The notes under the pieces are model-generated. The model made no database searches. It was not told where the DNA came from and saw only the letters and a list, made by a program, of their open reading frames with translations. Below, one piece after another: positions 61,441 through 64,000 of a stretch of 64,000 bases of DNA. The stretch covers positions 1,896,803 through 1,960,802 of the forward strand of contig NZ_CAXXEN010000002.1 of NCBI RefSeq assembly GCF_963676285.2, written 5' to 3'. Position numbers and translations under genes: made by a program. Numbering within the stretch: the stretch's first letter is position 1; each line of letters starts with the position of its first letter. This stretch comes from an uncultured Sphaerochaeta sp. (lineage in GTDB: Bacteria > Spirochaetota > Spirochaetia > Sphaerochaetales > Sphaerochaetaceae).

Positions 61441-62535
61441 ATGAAACGAGAACGAACGAATGCCGATAGCCGTATCCAGAAGAACCGGCCATCAAGAGGC
61501 TATATATATTTGGTTAAAAACCCTTCTTCAAATGAGATGAGCATCTGTGCCTGGGATTCTGTGTTGTATCCAGGAACCTCGGTGGTTGCTCCCACCCGTT
61601 ATGGACTTGACCTTGGGGTCATCGTCTCTGCTGCAGATCAACTGGGCAAGTCCTACGAACCCGGTTGTGACCGACCGAGATCTGCATGTTTTCATGCAGA
61701 ATCCTGTCTTCCCAAGGAAGAGCGGGAAGAGGTGTATTCAGGAGAACCGGAGGAATCGTTGCCTTCCTACTCCCCTGAAAAAGACGAGGATCCGTGCGAA
61801 TCATGTGCTGGGTGCAATCCCCCAAGGGAACCTGAAGAGGTTGATATCTCGGGTGATGTTGTATGGATTGACCGTCTTGCGACTCCCTCAGATATGAGTC
61901 GTTACCAAGAGCAGTCAGAGAAAGAGGATGAAGCGATGCGAATCTGCAGAGAGAAGATCGCTCATCACAAGCTTGATATGAAACTGGTGACTGCCCACTT
62001 CCTGCTTGGAGAACCGAAAATCATTTTCTTTTTCACTGCAGATGTACGTGTGGATTTCCGTGAATTGGTCAAGGATTTGGTTTCTGTCTTCCGTATCCGA
62101 ATAGAACTGAGACAGATCGGTGTCAGGGACGAAAGCCGGGTACTTGGCGGTCTTGCTGTCTGTGGGCGTGATTATTGTTGTCATAGTGTGACTGATAAAC
62201 TCAATCCAGTCTCCATCAAGATGGCCAAGGAGCAGAATCTCTCACTGAATTCCATGAAGATCTCCGGACCTTGTGGGAGATTGCTTTGTTGTCTTTCCTA
62301 TGAATATGATTTCTATGTGGAGGAAAAACGTAACTATCCTCCTGAGGGAAGCAAATTAAAGGTTGGCTATGACTTGATGAAAGTTCATGAAGTTAACATA
62401 CTGTCAAAGCGTATCATGCTCAGTGGAAGTGAAGGGAGAATGCTTACCATCCCGCAGAATGCGGTATTTTTCAATATTGACACCAAGCGATGGGAGCTTG
62501 ATAAGGAGTTTGCGAACGAATTTTTGTCAAATTGA
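61441..62535 (+). CDS. PSP1-domain protein, RicT/YaaT family
   Basis: FFFTADVRVDFRELVKDL, RIELRQIGVRDE, GLAVCGRDYCC, KMAKEQNLSLN..KISGPCGRLLCCLSYE. Confidence 0.92.
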   Translation: MKRERTNADSRIQKNRPSRGYIYLVKNPSSNEMSICAWDSVLYPGTSVVAPTRYGLDLGVIVSAADQLGKSYEPGCDRPRSACFHAESCLPKEEREEVYSGEPEESLPSYSPEKDEDPCESCAGCNPPREPEEVDISGDVVWIDRLATPSDMSRYQEQSEKEDEAMRICREKIAHHKLDMKLVTAHFLLGEPKIIFFFTADVRVDFRELVKDLVSVFRIRIELRQIGVRDESRVLGGLAVCGRDYCCHSVTDKLNPVSIKMAKEQNLSLNSMKISGPCGRLLCCLSYEYDFYVEEKRNYPPEGSKLKVGYDLMKVHEVNILSKRIMLSGSEGRMLTIPQNAVFFNIDTKRWELDKEFANEFLSN

Positions 62536-62549
62536 TATAAAGCATTGTA

Positions 62550-62578
62550 TTGACCCATTTTATAGACTGTGATATGTT
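62550..62578 (+). promoter_or_regulatory. Sigma70 promoter of rpsT-HU
   Basis: TTGACC, 17 bp, TATGTT with extended -10 TG. Confidence 0.7.
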
Positions 62579-62660
62579 TTTAGACCGTCGGCACTTTGTT
62601 GCCGACCTCAACTTTAATAAATGAAATACGTATTCAAGGTAATATGTTTGGAGGTATTAC

Positions 62661-62936
62661 GTGATTAACAGGTCTGCTGAAAAAAGAGAGCGACAGAGCC
62701 AAGTCCGGAAAATGAGAAACCGCGCAACCAAGAGTACTATGCGCACCGCAATCAAGAAATTTGATTCTGCTGTAACCGCCGGCGACAAGGAAGCTGCCGC
62801 TGCTGCTTTGGCTCTAAGTCTCAAGCTGCTTGATTCAACTGCCGGAAAGGGTGTCATCCACCACAACACAGCCAACCGCAAGAAATCCAGATTGCAGAGC
62901 CGTTTCAATAAGATGACCGATCAGGCTGCTGTATAA
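62661..62936 (+). CDS. rpsT: 30S ribosomal protein S20
   Basis: SAEKRERQS...RNRATKSTMRTAIKK, KGVIHHNTANRKKSRL; GTG start, SD GGAGG. Confidence 0.96.
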   Translation: MINRSAEKRERQSQVRKMRNRATKSTMRTAIKKFDSAVTAGDKEAAAAALALSLKLLDSTAGKGVIHHNTANRKKSRLQSRFNKMTDQAAV

Positions 62937-63015
62937 TCAGTAAGTCAGAATGATGAACGTACCGATTGTTGATCGGTATGTAAACATGCGTATAGAACGT
63001 GTTTAAGGAGTAACC

Positions 63016-63336
63016 ATGGCAGGACCAAAGTTAACAAAAGCAGCCATAATCGAGAGTCTCCATGAGAAGCATGGACTGAATAGGGCCGACATTCATACAA
63101 TCATTGATGAGTTCTTTGAAGAAGTGAAAAATGGCCTCCGGAATGATCAGGTCATTGAGCTTCGTGGATTTGGAACATTTGAGGTTCGCACTCGAAAGGG
63201 CCGTGAAAGAGCGCGTAATCCAAAGACTGGCGCTATCGTTGCCGTCGAAACACATGGAGTTGCCATTTTCCGTCCAGGTAAAGAACTCAAGGACTATGTG
63301 TGGGATTTGCGTGATAATAAACCCGAGAAGGAATAA
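63016..63336 (+). CDS. HU/IHF-family DNA-binding protein (Hbb-like)
   Basis: IELRGFGTFEV, ARNPKTG, FRPGKELK; lies directly after rpsT as in other spirochaetes. Confidence 0.93.
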   Translation: MAGPKLTKAAIIESLHEKHGLNRADIHTIIDEFFEEVKNGLRNDQVIELRGFGTFEVRTRKGRERARNPKTGAIVAVETHGVAIFRPGKELKDYVWDLRDNKPEKE

Positions 63337-63370
63337 CCTTCTACGTTTCCAATAATTAGGAGAAGATCTC

Positions 63371-64000
63371 TTGGTTGACTTGCATGCAAGACGGAACCTC
63401 AGGACGGTTTGTTCTGAGGTTCTTGTGTTATTAGTATCGGCATTTATCTACTCAATTGCCTTCCCTGGTCTCATTTCGGCCAATGGCGTTGGGTTTGTCG
63501 CAATGGTATCACTGATTCCTATATTTGCAGTAATCAGGAACACAAGCTGGAAGTTGACCCCAATCTATGGTTTCTTCTATGGATTCATGTTCTATCTCTT
63601 CTTCAACTACTGGCTCAAGACCTTCCACCCCCTTGCAATCCTGATCGTACCGATTATCAAGGGAGGGGAGATGCTGATGCTCTTCCCCGTACTTAAGGCA
63701 GCGCAGAAACTGTTCAAGAAATACGGGTATTTGGTTGAAGCCTTGGTATGGGTCGCATACTCTTATCTGAGTCAGGATTGGTTTGCGGGGTATCCTTATG
63801 GGACCTTGGGGTCGGCCGTCTACCGTTATCTTCCTCTTATCCAGATTTCCGAAATTTTTGGAATCTGGGGGGTTACCTTCCTATTGGTTATGCCTCAGAC
63901 TTTCCTTGGTGCATATCTACACCGCTGGTTCAATGACCGGGAGTACTCCCTGAAAGGGTACTTGAGGGACCACCTAGCTTTTCTCATTGCCTATGGGATA
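63371..64000 (+). CDS. lnt: Apolipoprotein N-acyltransferase, N-terminal membrane domain (3' truncated; missed by ORF track)
   Basis: Frame open to window end; hand translation includes YSIAFP, GFMFYLFFNYWL, GYPYGTLG, LIQISEIFGIWGVTFLL; start TTG 63371 or GTG 63425. Confidence 0.85.
   Translation, partial: MVDLHARRNLRTVCSEVLVLLVSAFIYSIAFPGLISANGVGFVAMVSLIPIFAVIRNTSWKLTPIYGFFYGFMFYLFFNYWLKTFHPLAILIVPIIKGGEMLMLFPVLKAAQKLFKKYGYLVEALVWVAYSYLSQDWFAGYPYGTLGSAVYRYLPLIQISEIFGIWGVTFLLVMPQTFLGAYLHRWFNDREYSLKGYLRDHLAFLIAYGI

Overview
Core-genome region of a bacterium, most likely a spirochaete of the Sphaerochaeta group. That placement is inferred from gene order and protein signatures (rpsT-HU-lnt, secY-rpmJ without adk/map/infA, str cluster without fusA, RpoB Asn at E. 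coli Ser531), not from a database search. About 28 kb (12067-39660) is the translation/transcription supercluster: tRNA-Thr, rpmG, tRNA-Trp, secE, nusG, rplKAJL, rpoBC, rpsLG, tuf, then the S10, spc and alpha operons. The flanks carry proteostasis genes (hsp20, clpB, grpE-dnaK-dnaJ), argF, glgP, rny-ymdB-tlyA, ptsI-der, rlmB, tatD-dusB-purD-like, ricT, rpsT-HU-lnt and a few poorly characterised genes. I found no transposase, integrase, prophage, CRISPR array, rRNA or defence system, and I cannot support a clear-cut new multi-gene system. The best leads are: (1) an unannotated ~200-nt RNA with its own promoter and terminator at 57923-58163; (2) a PurD-like ATP-grasp protein with altered catalytic motifs, placed in a tatD-dusB operon; (3) tandem Wzi-like outer-membrane paralogues; (4) chaperone genes with no CIRCE/CtsR boxes but a sigma-54-type promoter and RBS-occluding structures; (5) a ~275-nt structured tuf leader; (6) a coiled-coil membrane protein with a perfect 18-bp repeat of ~15.8 copies. 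All RNA structures were paired by eye, not computed.
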